Assembly (NCBI GenBank): GCA_002306055.1
Contig: DBRR01000030.1
Span: forward strand, 69,316 to 93,315
Source: Anaerolineaceae bacterium UBA1363
Lineage (GTDB): Bacteria; Chloroflexota; Anaerolineae; Anaerolineales; Anaerolineaceae
Direction of reading: 5' to 3'
Length of the DNA: 24,000 nt
Positions 15,516-24,000 of this stretch are shown here, one piece after another (position 1 is the stretch's first letter; each line of letters starts with the position of its first letter). The notes below the pieces were generated by a model. The model ran no database searches, was not told where the DNA came from, and was given only the letters and a program-made list of their open reading frames with translations. A program made the translations under genes and the position numbers.

Positions 15516-17318
15516 ATGACCACACCCCCACGTTGGGATCTTTCCAATCTCTACCTTTCTCTTGACGATCCAACACTTACAGCAGACATGGAAGCTGTAA
15601 AAAAATCCATCCAGGAAGCAACCCAGGCCTTCGAGACCAAATTTCTGCCTTTGCTTGACCCTGCCACATCCCTTGAAGCCCTCAACCACGTTTTGAACGG
15701 CTACGTGGAAGATGCGAATGCCCTGGAGTTGAAAGCGGGTAAGATTTTCTCTTTTCTGGGAGCAATTATTTCTACGGATTCTTTTAACAAAACCGCTGAA
15801 CAGTTGCACTCGAAAATGGCTATTGCCATGCTTCCGCTGCACGATTTAGATGTGAGAATCAGTGCCTGGCTCGGAGCACTCGGCGATCGGCTGGATAAGG
15901 CGCTGGAGATTCCAGGACCGGCGCATGATCACGCATTCAGGCTGCTGGAAATGGCGAGGGAAAGCCGTTTCCAAATGTCTGAACCGGAGGAGAGCCTCGC
16001 CAACGAGCTGACGCTTTCAGGCGGTAGGGCTTGGGGCGACCTGCAGGGCGTGCTCACTTCCCAGAAAAGTGTTGATTTTGAACTGGATGGCACGCTGCAA
16101 ACTTTGCCTCTGCCAGCGCTGATCAACCTTCGTTCTCATCCAGACGCGGGAGTGAGAGAGCGCGCTTACACGCGGGAGCAGCAGGTGTTTGAAGAATTGA
16201 AAGAGCCGCTGGCTGCCTGTTTGAACGGAGTCAAGGGCGAAGTCGTGACGCTGGACCGCAAGCGCGGTCGTGAGGATTGCCTGCATTCCTCCTTGGTGAA
16301 GGCGAGAATTGACCGCGGCACACTTGAAGCGATGCTGGCAGCGATTGATGACGCCCTGCCGATGTTCCGACGCTACTTCCAGGCGAAGGCTCGCATCCTT
16401 GGCTTCGAGAAATTACCCTGGTGGAGCTTGTTTGCCCCGATTGGTGAAGTAAACAAGGAATATTCGTTTGACGAAGCCCGCGAATTGATCCTGGAGCATT
16501 TTGGCAGTTTTTCACCGGAACTGGCTGAATTTGCCAGGGGTGCCTTTGAAAAGCACTGGATCGACGCAGAGCAGCGCCCTGGCAAACGAGGTGGAGCATT
16601 CTGCATGGGCGTGGATGCTGTGCAGGAAAGCCGCATCATGTCGAATTTCGATGGATCTTTCGACCAGGTGATAACCCTGGCGCATGAACTTGGGCACGGT
16701 TTCCATAATTACTGTGCTTACAAGGCGGGTAAAACGCCCATGCAAACCAATACGCCCATGACCCTTGCTGAAACCGCCTCGATTATGTCTGAAACGATTG
16801 TTTTCAACGCGCTCCTCAAGACGGTCAGCGATCCGCGTGAGGAGCGGGCGATCCTGGAAACCACGATTTCCAGTGACGCACAAACCATCGTCGATATCTA
16901 CTCACGCTTTATCTTTGAGAAGGCGGTGTTCGAGAGGCGCAAGGAATCAACCATTTCTGCAGATGAAATCAACGCTCTGATGCTGGACGCCCAGCGAAGA
17001 ACTTACGGCGATGGACTGAACCAGGACGTTTTGAACAAGTTTGCCTGGACCTGGAAACCGCATTATTACAGTACGCAGTTGTCTTTCTACAATTACCCCT
17101 ACGCCTTTGGCAGTTTGTTTGCAAAAGGACTCTACAGCGTTTATCGCGAGCGGGGAGAGGCTTTTGTGGAGGACTATAAAACCCTGCTTACCAACACCGG
17201 TGAGGCTCAGGCGGCAGATCTGGCGGCACGGTTTGGGATCGATATCCGCTCAAAGGAGTTCTGGGAGGCATCGCTGGCGCAGATTGGTGAGCAAATCGAA
17301 CGTTACATTGCGATCTGA
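15516..17318 (+). CDS. M3B family oligoendopeptidase (PepF-like)
   Basis: Contains the HELGHGFH zinc motif. At ~600 aa the size fits, and the N-terminus (RWDLSNLY) is typical of PepF-type proteins. The preferred start is the ATG at 15516, with AAGGAG (15504-15509) 6 nt upstream. The track start at 15444 adds 24 aa with no RBS. Confidence 0.88.
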   Translation: MTTPPRWDLSNLYLSLDDPTLTADMEAVKKSIQEATQAFETKFLPLLDPATSLEALNHVLNGYVEDANALELKAGKIFSFLGAIISTDSFNKTAEQLHSKMAIAMLPLHDLDVRISAWLGALGDRLDKALEIPGPAHDHAFRLLEMARESRFQMSEPEESLANELTLSGGRAWGDLQGVLTSQKSVDFELDGTLQTLPLPALINLRSHPDAGVRERAYTREQQVFEELKEPLAACLNGVKGEVVTLDRKRGREDCLHSSLVKARIDRGTLEAMLAAIDDALPMFRRYFQAKARILGFEKLPWWSLFAPIGEVNKEYSFDEARELILEHFGSFSPELAEFARGAFEKHWIDAEQRPGKRGGAFCMGVDAVQESRIMSNFDGSFDQVITLAHELGHGFHNYCAYKAGKTPMQTNTPMTLAETASIMSETIVFNALLKTVSDPREERAILETTISSDAQTIVDIYSRFIFEKAVFERRKESTISADEINALMLDAQRRTYGDGLNQDVLNKFAWTWKPHYYSTQLSFYNYPYAFGSLFAKGLYSVYRERGEAFVEDYKTLLTNTGEAQAADLAARFGIDIRSKEFWEASLAQIGEQIERYIAI

Positions 17319-17333
17319 TGTTTTGACGCATAC

Positions 17334-17366
17334 AACGGAGGAATGGCAAACAGCCATTCCTCCGTT
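17334..17366 (+). terminator. Strong stem-loop after the pepF-like gene (14-bp perfect stem, 5-nt loop)
   Basis: AACGGAGGAATGGC-aaaca-GCCATTCCTCCGTT begins 16 nt after the stop. There is no clear U-tract (followed by CGATCATCTT), so intrinsic-terminator function is plausible but not certain. Confidence 0.55.
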
Positions 17367-17425
17367 CGATCATCTTAATGAACATCGACGGTGAATTTAC
17401 TATAGAAGAATTCAGGTAACCATCC

Positions 17426-18772
17426 ATGACTGAAACAGACCTGCAAGCCGATATAGCTCAACAAGATGAACCACCACTTGGCAAGGGATGGCTGCGTAAC
17501 TACCTGCCGATGGGGATCGGGCAGATTGTGTCTTTGGTGGGCAGCGCCTTGGTCCAGTTTGCCCTGGTATGGTATGTGACCAAGCAAACCGGTTCTGCCA
17601 CGGTTCTTGCTACTGCCACCACAGCGGCACTGGTTCCCAACATCCTGCTTGGTCCTTTTGTGGGCGCGTTGGTGGACCGCTGGAATCGCAAGCTGGTAAT
17701 GATCATCGCCGATTTTGTTGTGGCACTGGCTACCGTTGTGCTGGCAGTTCTTTTTTCCACCGGTGCGATCCAAATCTGGCACATCATCGCAATTTTGCTG
17801 ACGCGTTCAGCAGCAGGCGTGTTCCAAGGGCCTGCGCGCACCGCAGCCACCACGCTGATGGTGCCGAAAGAACACCTGAGCCGGCTGGGAGGGGTGAACC
17901 AGGCTGTCGATGGAATGATTAACGTTTTTTCGCCGGCATTGGGTGCTTTGCTGTTGGAACTACTGCCCATGCAGGGTGTGCTGGCGGTAGACATTGCCAC
18001 CGCAGCGATCGCTATCAGCCTGATGATCTTCTTAGTCAAAGTCCCGCAGCCCAAAGCCACACCAAAATCGACCAAAGTCACTCCCAAATCGTTAATGACG
18101 GATGTGCGTGAGGCGGCACATTATATTGTCACATGGCCTGGGTTGTTGCTGTTGATCCTGATGGCAAGTTTACTCAATATGTTCCTGGCGCCGGGAGGCA
18201 ACCTTCTGCCGCTGCACGTCACCAGCTTCTTTGGCAAGGGAGTTCAGGAGTTGGCATGGCTGCAAGTGGCGACGGGCGCTGGTGGTATCGTTGGCGGATT
18301 GGTGTTGGGAGTTTGGGGCGGTTTTAAACGCAGGGTGTGGACAGTGCTGATGGGAATAATTGGAATTGGGGTTGGTATGCTTACCTTTGGCTTGATCCCG
18401 GCAAACCGCTACGCGTGGTCGCTGGTGGGTATGGGGACGGTAGGATTGATGGCATCCTTGGCTAATGGCTCATTGGGTCCACTATTACAGACAAAGGTAC
18501 CACCAGAGGTGCAGGGGCGGGTCTTTATGCTGCTTTCCAGTTTGACTCTCGCGATGATGCCGATCGGCTTGTTCCTTTCAGCGCCGATTGCGGATCACTT
18601 TGGCACACAGGTTAGTTATATCGTTGGTGGTTCAGCTTGCCTGATCATTGGTTTTTTTGGGCTGATGGATAAACGCGTCAACACGCTGGACCTCCAAAAA
18701 GAAGGTGGAGTAATAGTGAAAGAGGGCGAATTGGAGGCAAAGAGCCCGATAAAACCTGAGTTCCCTCTATAG
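17426..18772 (+). CDS. MFS transporter (EntS/macrolide-efflux-like MFS_3 type)
   Basis: 448 aa with about 12 predicted TM helices. The N-terminal region (FALVWYVTKQTGSA..., GPFVGALVDRWNRK) is typical of this MFS subfamily. Confidence 0.85.
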   Translation: MTETDLQADIAQQDEPPLGKGWLRNYLPMGIGQIVSLVGSALVQFALVWYVTKQTGSATVLATATTAALVPNILLGPFVGALVDRWNRKLVMIIADFVVALATVVLAVLFSTGAIQIWHIIAILLTRSAAGVFQGPARTAATTLMVPKEHLSRLGGVNQAVDGMINVFSPALGALLLELLPMQGVLAVDIATAAIAISLMIFLVKVPQPKATPKSTKVTPKSLMTDVREAAHYIVTWPGLLLLILMASLLNMFLAPGGNLLPLHVTSFFGKGVQELAWLQVATGAGGIVGGLVLGVWGGFKRRVWTVLMGIIGIGVGMLTFGLIPANRYAWSLVGMGTVGLMASLANGSLGPLLQTKVPPEVQGRVFMLLSSLTLAMMPIGLFLSAPIADHFGTQVSYIVGGSACLIIGFFGLMDKRVNTLDLQKEGGVIVKEGELEAKSPIKPEFPL

Positions 18773-18991
18773 TGCTGGATGAGCCCTCACTGCGAACCCC
18801 GGTTCTGATAAAGGTGCTAACCTATCAGTAAGGAAGGGGCGTGGCAGTCCGCATTGTCTCAAAGAGCTGGGTTCAGAGATGTAGAACAGTTACAACTGCA
18901 GTCTTTGTATCCCGAACAATTTATTCTTGTCATCCTGAGAAATGACGAAGGATCTTGTTGGTCGTAGAAAATGAATATTTATTTGTATGAT

Positions 18992-19015
18992 GTAGGGTTG
19001 AGGCCTGCCTCAACC
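18992..19015 (+). repeat. GTAG-headed REP-like hairpin: GTAG-GGTTGAGG-cctg-CCTCAACC
   Basis: Perfect 8-bp stem and the same CCTG loop as 4223-4246. Three consecutive stem base pairs are flipped relative to that copy. Confidence 0.7.
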
Positions 19016-19041
19016 AGGAACGGCATTTCTATCAACCATGT

Positions 19042-19065
19042 GGAACAGGCAGGCCTGTTTCCTAC
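19042..19065 (-). repeat. GTAG-headed REP-like hairpin (minus strand reads GTAG-GAAACAGG-cctg-CCTGTTCC)
   Basis: 23/24 identical to 4223-4246, with a 7/8 stem. It lies 26 nt from the 18992-19015 copy in inverted orientation, a REPIN/BIME-like doublet. Confidence 0.7.
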
Positions 19066-19320
19066 GACCAGTTCTCTGCAACCTGTTCCCTGCAATCCCG
19101 GGTGCGGAAGGAGATTTTTTCAACCCTGTATACTCTTGATATTGAACATGGTTACTGCGAGCCCCGATTCTAACAAGGCATCTAATCTACAGTCTTGTGA
19201 GGGGCGCGGCAGTCTGCAGTTTTGATCGTCTACAAAGATAAAAAGAGATCGCCATACCCTGCTTCGCGGTCACAGGCGCAAAAAAGAAGCTCGGGATGAC
19301 GAGTTCCCCCTTCATTTTCC

Positions 19321-20028
19321 TCACAGAGGTGTTGAGGTGAGATAGGTAGCCAGTTCGCTTGTGCTCACGAGAATTTCTTGGGTGCCTGCCCGACGTAATT
19401 CTTTTTCAAGCCCAAAACCGCATAAAACTGAGAGTGACTGCGCCCCGGCGGCTTTCGCGGCGCGGATATCTGTGACCGTGTCGCCGATCATCAGGCAATT
19501 TTCAATTGGGACCGCAAGCTTCTCAGCGGCAAAGAGGAGTGGATCGGGGAAAGGCTTGGTACGTGCGCAGGTCTGGGAGGTCACAACCACCGGGAAGTAT
19601 TCTTCAAGTTGATTGAGGCGCAGAAAATGGCGGGTTGTGACTTCATTCCGGGCAGATACGATCGCGAGAGGATAACGCCCACTGAGGACTTTGAGCATGG
19701 GCTCGACGCCAGCAATGGCAGGAAAATTTTCCAACTCTGCTTCTTTTTGGTTTGCCTGTCTGTCCAGGAAAGCAGACAGCAGCGGATCCAGGTTCAGACG
19801 GTCTGCCATCAGGAGCAGCCAGTTTACGGGAGTTTCGGCAAAATGCACGAACGAGCGCGCCAGACGATGAGCCGATCCTGGCTTGAACATGCTGTCAATA
19901 AAGTTTATTTTTCTGGCAAAACGATTGACCATGTGGTCATCGCTGTCGGATAGAGTGCCATCCACATCAAATAACAGCGCGCGAATACGTGCCCGATCGA
20001 GCGGGAGCGTAGTTTTTTGTGAGGTCAT
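19321..20028 (-). CDS. HAD family hydrolase (phosphoglycolate phosphatase-like)
   Basis: Motif I is LLFDVDGTLSDSD, motif II is IVSARN, the motif III Lys is in ARTKPFPDP, and motif IV is IGDTVTDIRAAKAAG. It lies 30 bp downstream of the M20 gene on the same strand. Confidence 0.85.
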   Translation of the reverse strand: MTSQKTTLPLDRARIRALLFDVDGTLSDSDDHMVNRFARKINFIDSMFKPGSAHRLARSFVHFAETPVNWLLLMADRLNLDPLLSAFLDRQANQKEAELENFPAIAGVEPMLKVLSGRYPLAIVSARNEVTTRHFLRLNQLEEYFPVVVTSQTCARTKPFPDPLLFAAEKLAVPIENCLMIGDTVTDIRAAKAAGAQSLSVLCGFGLEKELRRAGTQEILVSTSELATYLTSTPL

Positions 20029-20058
20029 GTGGCTTTTTATCCGTTTTCGGATGTTAGG

Positions 20059-21762
20059 TCAGTCTTCCGGATCAGACTCGGCAAGCGGTTTGGCAGCCAA
20101 AGGCTCATCATCTTCTGGCAGGGGTTCCAATTCGGGCAACTCATTATCATCCAACTTAGCCTGGTCGAGCGGTTTGGTTGGCAGCGGTTCCTGCATGCTT
20201 CGAATGGGGACTTCCTGGGCTGCCTCATCTTCTTCATAAAAATCACCGTCCTCATCCGATAAACTTTCAAAATCCAGCTCGCTGGCGTTACGGATGAGAG
20301 CCTGCATAAAGCTCACCATGCGGGCGGCATTCTCGAGGGAGAGGCGTTCGTTCACACCATGAACTGTTTCCTGGTCCTCATGGCTGAGTACCATGGGCGA
20401 GAAACGAAAGATGTAGTTGGAGAGACTGGCATAATGCCGTGAATCGGTTGCTCCATTCATCATGTAGGGTGCGACGAGCGCCTGGGGGTAGGCAGAATGT
20501 GCCAGGCGGGAGAGCAGCCGGAATTGGGGAGAGTCAATGTTCGAAATCTCGGTTGGTTCCCAGGTGTGATCGCCCTCCAGGGTGTCGCCATGTTGGGGAA
20601 GCACTTCGAGTGTTTCGTCTGCCACCAGGTCAAAGATGCGTTCGTAAGTTTCGCGAACAGTCTCACCCGGGAATATACGCAGGTTGATCACCCCTTCAGC
20701 CGTGGCGGGCAGGACGTTTTCAGCAGTGCCAGCGCGGAGCAGGGTGGGGGCGATGGTTGTGCGGGTATTGGCATTGGTGATCGGGTTTGCGCGCATTTTA
20801 CGCTTTACAGTACTGCCAAACAGCCAGGTGTTGGCGAGCATCATCCGGTCCAGGAAGGGTATTTCATTGCCAACAAAACTCATCATGAACTCAACCATCT
20901 CCAAATGTTGAGGGAAGGGGTTGTTTTCAAGGGTGGCGATCGCAAGGCTGAGGGCGCCAATAGCGGTCTCTGTGGGAGGGACAGAGGCATGACCCGCCTT
21001 GGTGGTGGCTTTGAGTTTAAGCGAGAGATGCCCTTTTTCGGTCACGCCGATCATCGCGACTGGGCGCTCAACCCCAGGCAGGGTGCCCCGGGAAATTGCG
21101 CCGCCTTCGTCCAGCAAGAGTGCCAGCCTAACCCCACGAGCTTCAAGAACACTGGCAAGTTCGGCTGCGCCACGTGAACCACTGCATTCTTCGTCATGCC
21201 CAAAGAGAAGGTAAACCGTGCGGCGGGGCTCAAAACCCTCACGGATCAGGTTGTTGACGGCTTCCATGATGCTGATGAGCACGCCCTTACAGTCCAGCGC
21301 GCCGCGTCCCCAGACGTAACCATCGGCAACCTCACCAGCAAAAGGCGGATAAGACCAGCCGGAATCGGAGGCTTCGTTTGCCGGTACCACGTCCTGGTGG
21401 GCGGCGAGGGCGATCGCATTCAGGTCGGGGTCGGAGCCCTGCCAGGTATAGAGCAGCGCGCCATCATTGATTACCTCGCGCGTAAGGTGGTCTTCCACCT
21501 GGGGATAGAGCACCTGCAGCAGATTGCGCAGCCCTTCGAATGGCAAGGGATCCACCTTGGTGGGGTCTGCGTTGCTAATCGTTTTCATTTGGATTGCCAG
21601 GCCGATGTGCCTGGCAACTTCTTCGCCGTCAACCTCCTCCAACGGAATGGGATGTTCCTCAGGGAGTTGGATGGCAAAATGACTGGTGCGGTAGAGAACC
21701 ACACCAACGATGACCAGGATAATACCCGCCAGGGCAATCAGAATGAATGTAATTGGATCCAT
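20059..21762 (-). CDS. Membrane-anchored M20 family metallopeptidase with an acidic, proline-rich C-terminal extension
   Basis: The preferred start is the ATG at 21762, with GGAGG 6 nt upstream; the track start at 21861 adds 33 aa with no RBS. The N-terminal TM helix is ITFILIALAGIILVIVGVVLY. M20 motifs are LAAHQDVVP, WGRGALDCKG and FGHDEE. The last ~69 aa are low-complexity. Confidence 0.85.
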   Translation of the reverse strand: MDPITFILIALAGIILVIVGVVLYRTSHFAIQLPEEHPIPLEEVDGEEVARHIGLAIQMKTISNADPTKVDPLPFEGLRNLLQVLYPQVEDHLTREVINDGALLYTWQGSDPDLNAIALAAHQDVVPANEASDSGWSYPPFAGEVADGYVWGRGALDCKGVLISIMEAVNNLIREGFEPRRTVYLLFGHDEECSGSRGAAELASVLEARGVRLALLLDEGGAISRGTLPGVERPVAMIGVTEKGHLSLKLKATTKAGHASVPPTETAIGALSLAIATLENNPFPQHLEMVEFMMSFVGNEIPFLDRMMLANTWLFGSTVKRKMRANPITNANTRTTIAPTLLRAGTAENVLPATAEGVINLRIFPGETVRETYERIFDLVADETLEVLPQHGDTLEGDHTWEPTEISNIDSPQFRLLSRLAHSAYPQALVAPYMMNGATDSRHYASLSNYIFRFSPMVLSHEDQETVHGVNERLSLENAARMVSFMQALIRNASELDFESLSDEDGDFYEEDEAAQEVPIRSMQEPLPTKPLDQAKLDDNELPELEPLPEDDEPLAAKPLAESDPED

Positions 21763-21916
21763 AGTATTCCTCCAGAACGTTGGAAACGTGCTGCTTTTGG
21801 TCAATTGTAACGGATAATAGCGTTGGTGAGAAATCAAGGAGAGGTTGTCTTTTGCCCACATCTACATAAAATCTAAATGATATTTTGTTATATTTCTACC
21901 CTATAATTGAGGTGAG

Positions 21917-22609
21917 ATGACAGAAACTATCCTTGTTGTGGATGACCAATCCAATGTTCGAACCCTGTTGAAAGATTACCTGACCAGCCAGGGTTACCGC
22001 GTGGTTACGGCAAACGACGGGCAGGAAGCGCTGTTTGTCGCGCGCCACGAGCACCCAAATCTTGTGCTGCTGGATATCATGATGCCGAAAATGGATGGCT
22101 ACCAGTTTCTGAGTGCTTTCCGGCGGGAAAACCAGGTGCCTGTGATCGTGCTGAGCGCCAAAGAAGAAGAAACCGATACAGTACTCGGTTTGGAATTGGG
22201 GGCAGACGATTACGTGATCAAGCCTTTTCGAATGCGGGAGCTTTTGGCAAGGATCAGGGCGGCACTACGACGGATGGAGACGCCTGTTGAGCCTGCGAGC
22301 CTTTTGCGGGTGGGGGACCTGGTGATGGACAGGGCTGCGCATAGTGTTAAGGTTGGGGAAAAGGAGGCCAACCTGACCGCGCTTGAGTTTGATCTGCTTG
22401 AGGTATTGATGGCAACACCGGGTAGGGTTTTCTCGCGCACGGAGCTGGTGGATCGCTTGTACGAGAGTGGTTTCACCGGTCTGGAGAGTACACTGAATGT
22501 CCATATCCGAAATTTGCGTTTGAAAATCGAACCTGACCCAGCCACGCCGCGCTACCTGGAAACGGTTTTTGGTGTCGGTTATCGCATGAATAACCAGGAG
22601 CGACCTTGA
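21917..22609 (+). CDS. OmpR/PhoB-family response regulator
   Basis: The receiver domain (ILVVDD..., LVLLDIMMPKMDG, KPF) is followed by a winged-helix output domain (LTALEFDLLEVL..., VFGVGYR). The GAGGTGA RBS precedes the ATG. Confidence 0.92.
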   Translation: MTETILVVDDQSNVRTLLKDYLTSQGYRVVTANDGQEALFVARHEHPNLVLLDIMMPKMDGYQFLSAFRRENQVPVIVLSAKEEETDTVLGLELGADDYVIKPFRMRELLARIRAALRRMETPVEPASLLRVGDLVMDRAAHSVKVGEKEANLTALEFDLLEVLMATPGRVFSRTELVDRLYESGFTGLESTLNVHIRNLRLKIEPDPATPRYLETVFGVGYRMNNQERP

Positions 22610-24000
22610 AAACATCGATCACTCTCAAACTGGCGTTGGCTTTCATTGGCGTATCCCTGCTGACAGGTCTGGCATTGACCTTCTTTTTTCGCTCACTGAT
22701 TTCGGAGAATTTCCAGCGGTATGTGCTCGATCAGCAATCGCAAACCAAACTCGCATTGGTTGAGGCGTTTTATGCCCAAAATGGCAGTTGGGATGGCGTG
22801 GATGAAATCCTGTCTTCAGCGGCTGGCGTGATGGCGGGGCATGGATCCGGACGCGGGCCGGGAGGCAATCAGACTCAGCAAGGTGTGCAGGCTGGACCGC
22901 GCACCTTCGGTTTGGCAGATGCGGAGGGTATCGTCGTGGTTGGATTGGAGGATCTCTATCCAACCGGCAGCCAGTTGACACAGCAGCAATTGGAGGCTGG
23001 GGTGCCAATTCTCTTTAAGGGTGAGCGAGTGGGCACTTTGTTGAGTTCACGCTCGATCAGCTACTCCGCCTTGGAGCAAAATTTCCTGGATCAGGTCAAC
23101 CGAGGCTTACTTTGGACGCTGCTGGCTGCGGTGTTAGTGGTCTCGCTATTCAGCTTGTTGGTATCTGGAAATTTCACTCGGCCGATCAAAGCACTGACAG
23201 CCGCTTCACGCAACCTGGCAGAGGGCAAACGCACACAATTAGTGGAAGTGAATTCAAGCGATGAGCTTGGTGAACTTGGCAAGTCCTTCAATCGCATGAG
23301 CCTCGAAATAGAAAATGCTGAGCGACTGCGTAAGCAAATGACGGCCGACATCGCGCATGATTTGCGCACGCCGCTGACGGTCATTGGGGGTTATGTGGAA
23401 GCTGCCAGAGAAGGCGCTCTGGAACTGACACCCGCGAGGCTGGACGTGCTCGGCCTTGAAATAACCCGCCTAAACCGCCTGGTGAGCGACTTGCGTACCT
23501 TGTCGCAGTCCGACAGCGGCGAGCTGCTGATCAGCCGTGAAGCGGTGGAGCCGGCGAGTTTGCTAAACAAGGTCAGCGAGGTTTTTCGCCTGCAGGCTGA
23601 GCAGAAGGGAATTGGTTTGGCTGTCAAGGTGGATGAAGGGTTGCCCGCACTTTTGGGCGATGAGGGGCGGTTAATGCAGGTTTTGGAAAACCTGGTTGCC
23701 AACGCGATCAGGCACACCCCGGCTGGTGGGCAAATCGCTTTGGGGGTTTCAGAGGTAAAAGAAAACCACGCATTGTTATTCACGGTCACGGATAACGGCG
23801 AAGGCATTCCCGCGGAGGAACTGCCGTTGATTTTTGAGCGGTTTCATCGTGTGGATAAAAGCCGGCACGCCGACAGTAATCAGAGCGGGTTGGGGTTGGC
23901 GATTGCGCGCGCGATAGTGGAAGCACATGGCGGCAAAATCTGGGTCGAGTCAACGGCAGGTGTCGGTACTACCATCAGTTTCGAACTCCCGTTAATTTAA
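22606..24000 (+). CDS. Sensor histidine kinase (2 TM, extracytoplasmic domain, HAMP, HisKA, HATPase_c)
   Basis: The TTG start overlaps the response-regulator stop (TTGA). H-box is DIAHDLRTPLT, N-box is LENLVANAIRHTP, G1 is DNGEGI and G2 is GLGLAIA. The gene is complete, with a TAA stop at 23998-24000. Confidence 0.9.
   Translation: MKTSITLKLALAFIGVSLLTGLALTFFFRSLISENFQRYVLDQQSQTKLALVEAFYAQNGSWDGVDEILSSAAGVMAGHGSGRGPGGNQTQQGVQAGPRTFGLADAEGIVVVGLEDLYPTGSQLTQQQLEAGVPILFKGERVGTLLSSRSISYSALEQNFLDQVNRGLLWTLLAAVLVVSLFSLLVSGNFTRPIKALTAASRNLAEGKRTQLVEVNSSDELGELGKSFNRMSLEIENAERLRKQMTADIAHDLRTPLTVIGGYVEAAREGALELTPARLDVLGLEITRLNRLVSDLRTLSQSDSGELLISREAVEPASLLNKVSEVFRLQAEQKGIGLAVKVDEGLPALLGDEGRLMQVLENLVANAIRHTPAGGQIALGVSEVKENHALLFTVTDNGEGIPAEELPLIFERFHRVDKSRHADSNQSGLGLAIARAIVEAHGGKIWVESTAGVGTTISFELPLI

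Noticed and set aside
18971-19225. 84-aa plus-strand ORF in the MFS/HAD gap
   Set aside because: It reads straight through the GTAG hairpin doublet and other repeats. It has no RBS and an implausible composition.
20497-21177. Long antisense ORFs (226 aa here; also 21196-21810, 17500-18087, 10859-11341, 138-677, 1324-1839)
   Set aside because: Each lies fully inside, and antisense to, a gene with strong family motifs. Their Arg/Gly/Pro-rich translations are typical of shadow ORFs in moderately GC-rich DNA.

Overview
This window is mostly ordinary chromosome: about 20 credible protein-coding genes on both strands, packed tightly, with several 4-nt start/stop overlaps. All calls rest on motifs read by eye from the supplied translations; no searches were run. 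From left to right: murJ (cut by the window edge), an unknown-function gene, a minus-strand xseA-xseB-DUF212 operon, a two-TM membrane protein, a secreted multidomain S1 protease, a hotdog thioesterase, an MscS-family channel, a PlsC-type acyltransferase, a CbpA-like J-protein, a translationally coupled LOG/pyrimidine-5'-nucleotidase pair, an S41 C-terminal processing peptidase, a YugP-type Zn-peptidase, an M3B oligoendopeptidase, an MFS transporter, a HAD phosphatase, a membrane-anchored M20 peptidase, and an OmpR-type response regulator with its histidine kinase. I found no rRNA, tRNA, CRISPR array, phage genes or recognisable defence genes. The only clearly accessory part is at 14.2-15.4 kb. 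There an intact REP-associated tyrosine transposase (RAYT, HUH/Y1) is bracketed by two near-identical GTAG-headed composite palindromic repeats, and one repeat arm is amplified into a roughly 44-bp tandem array. A second family of GTAG-headed hairpins (8-bp stem, CCTG loop) with compensatory stem changes sits in two unusually long non-coding gaps (4037-4712 and 18773-19320). The first gap also holds a near-consensus orphan promoter and a phased TTGCAA triplet, so it may encode an unannotated RNA. Gene content and repeat style suggest a Chloroflexota/Anaerolineae-like genome, but that is a low-confidence inference. I see no convincing evidence of a novel multi-gene system. The REPtron and its repeat families are the most interesting signal.
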